Below are positions 63,320-64,000 of a stretch of DNA of 64,000 bases, piece after piece. Source of the DNA: a virus; IMG/VR virus record IMGVR_UViG_3300029928_000198; one strand, written 5' to 3'. Position 1 is the stretch's first letter. Every line of letters begins with the position of its first letter. Below the pieces are notes generated by a model. That model did not search any database. It saw nothing but the letters and a program-made list of their open reading frames with translations, and had not been told where the DNA came from. Position numbers and translations under genes: made by a program.

Positions 63320-63741
63320 GCGGATTCCCCCTCCAGAAGCCTGTCGTACACCCCGTCGCCGAGGATGGCGAAGGACTGGGGGGCGGTCCTGACCCCGACA
63401 TCGGCCAGCGCGTAGGGGCTGGCGAACCTGTGGACCCCTTCTATGACGATGCCGTAGGTCGGACTGCCGGCCGCATATCCTTCGAACTCCTCGGGTCCGA
63501 TGCAGGTGCCGGAAAGGTCCGGGTCGGAAGGGTCTATGACCCTGTATCCGTCCGAAAGGAAGCATCCCGTTATCCCCCTCTTCCCCGTCTCGTAGACGAG
63601 GACCCTCAGGGAAGTGCGCCCCGAGGTCCTGTACTGGTAGGGGATCCTCCTGCGGACCTCGACGGTCTTCTCCCCCGAGTAGATCATCTCGGCCCACTTG
63701 GGCTTCAGGGCAAGGATGATGTCGATGCTCCTGACGCTCAT
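63316..63741 (-). CDS. ASCH-domain protein
   Basis: ILALKPKWAEMIYSGEKTVEVRR...VLVYET...G...P..L...G...APQSF. Confidence 0.85.
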   Translation of the reverse strand: MSVRSIDIILALKPKWAEMIYSGEKTVEVRRRIPYQYRTSGRTSLRVLVYETGKRGITGCFLSDGYRVIDPSDPDLSGTCIGPEEFEGYAAGSPTYGIVIEGVHRFASPYALADVGVRTAPQSFAILGDGVYDRLLEGESA

Positions 63742-64000
63742 TGCATCACCTCCTCGGACGGCTCGCAGCCCGTCTGTTGGGGTTCGGACGGGTTTAGACG
63801 GACTTCGGCGGATGTTTGGTACTCGGATACGTCCGAAGCCCCTTCGTCGATTCTAGAGGGCTTCTCGACATTGTTCTCGGACTCCGCGCACTTCATGAGG
63901 TGCAGCGGATCGTAGGGCGAAGACTCGACGTAATCGAGGATCGCGCGGCGGACGAGGACCATGACGTCCCTTCCCTCGCACAACGCCCTTCCGCGAAGCT
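63738..64000 (-). CDS. RHH (CopG-like) protein; start lies beyond the right edge
   Basis: Frame open to the edge: LRGRALCEGRDVMVLVRRAILDYVE. Confidence 0.55.
   Translation of the reverse strand, partial: LRGRALCEGRDVMVLVRRAILDYVESSPYDPLHLMKCAESENNVEKPSRIDEGASDVSEYQTSAEVRLNPSEPQQTGCEPSEEVMQ

Larger units (their letters stand above)
1..64000. mobile_element. Large archaeal mobile element (provirus- or virus-like, pleolipovirus-type morphogenesis genes); boundaries lie outside the window
   Basis: No housekeeping genes in 64 kb; long same-strand ATGA-coupled operons of small hypothetical genes; methyltransferases, TA modules, adhesins, extrusion-type ATPase and spike-like protein. Confidence 0.85.

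Overview
The whole 64 kb reads as part of one large archaeal mobile element. The host is most likely Methanomassiliicoccales, inferred from GGAGG/GGTG ribosome-binding sites, BRE-TATA promoters, InlB-B-repeat/PKD/Ig adhesins and an in-frame amber codon. I found no housekeeping gene, rRNA, tRNA, CRISPR array, integrase, capsid, terminase or portal. Most genes lie on the minus strand in ATGA-coupled operons. Layout: (1) 1.5-18.6 kb, about 27 cargo genes, many acidic or Zn-finger proteins with Arg/Lys-rich terminal tags, plus an intein-containing C5 methyltransferase, an H1-like basic protein and a HExxH zincin. (2) 18.6-22.3 kb, a membrane/coiled-coil/P-loop ATPase operon resembling pleolipovirus or Zot-type extrusion modules. 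(3) Four large surface adhesins and a 640-aa protein built like a pleolipovirus VP4/VP5 membrane-fusion spike. (4) Toxin-antitoxin-like modules and a bacterial-type restriction-modification pair whose helicase gene carries an in-frame TAG. (5) 52-64 kb, a phage-like regulator and anti-defence region. The best candidates for new biology are two. First, an unusually large pleolipovirus-like (enveloped, fusion-spread) element with tagged cargo proteins. Second, three tandem TATA-driven structured small RNAs at 31.6-32.0 kb, one complementary to a 16-19 nt motif at four gene junctions about 26-30 kb away; at two junctions that motif is the loop of a stem that hides the Shine-Dalgarno site. All family assignments come from motif recognition by eye; no database search was run.
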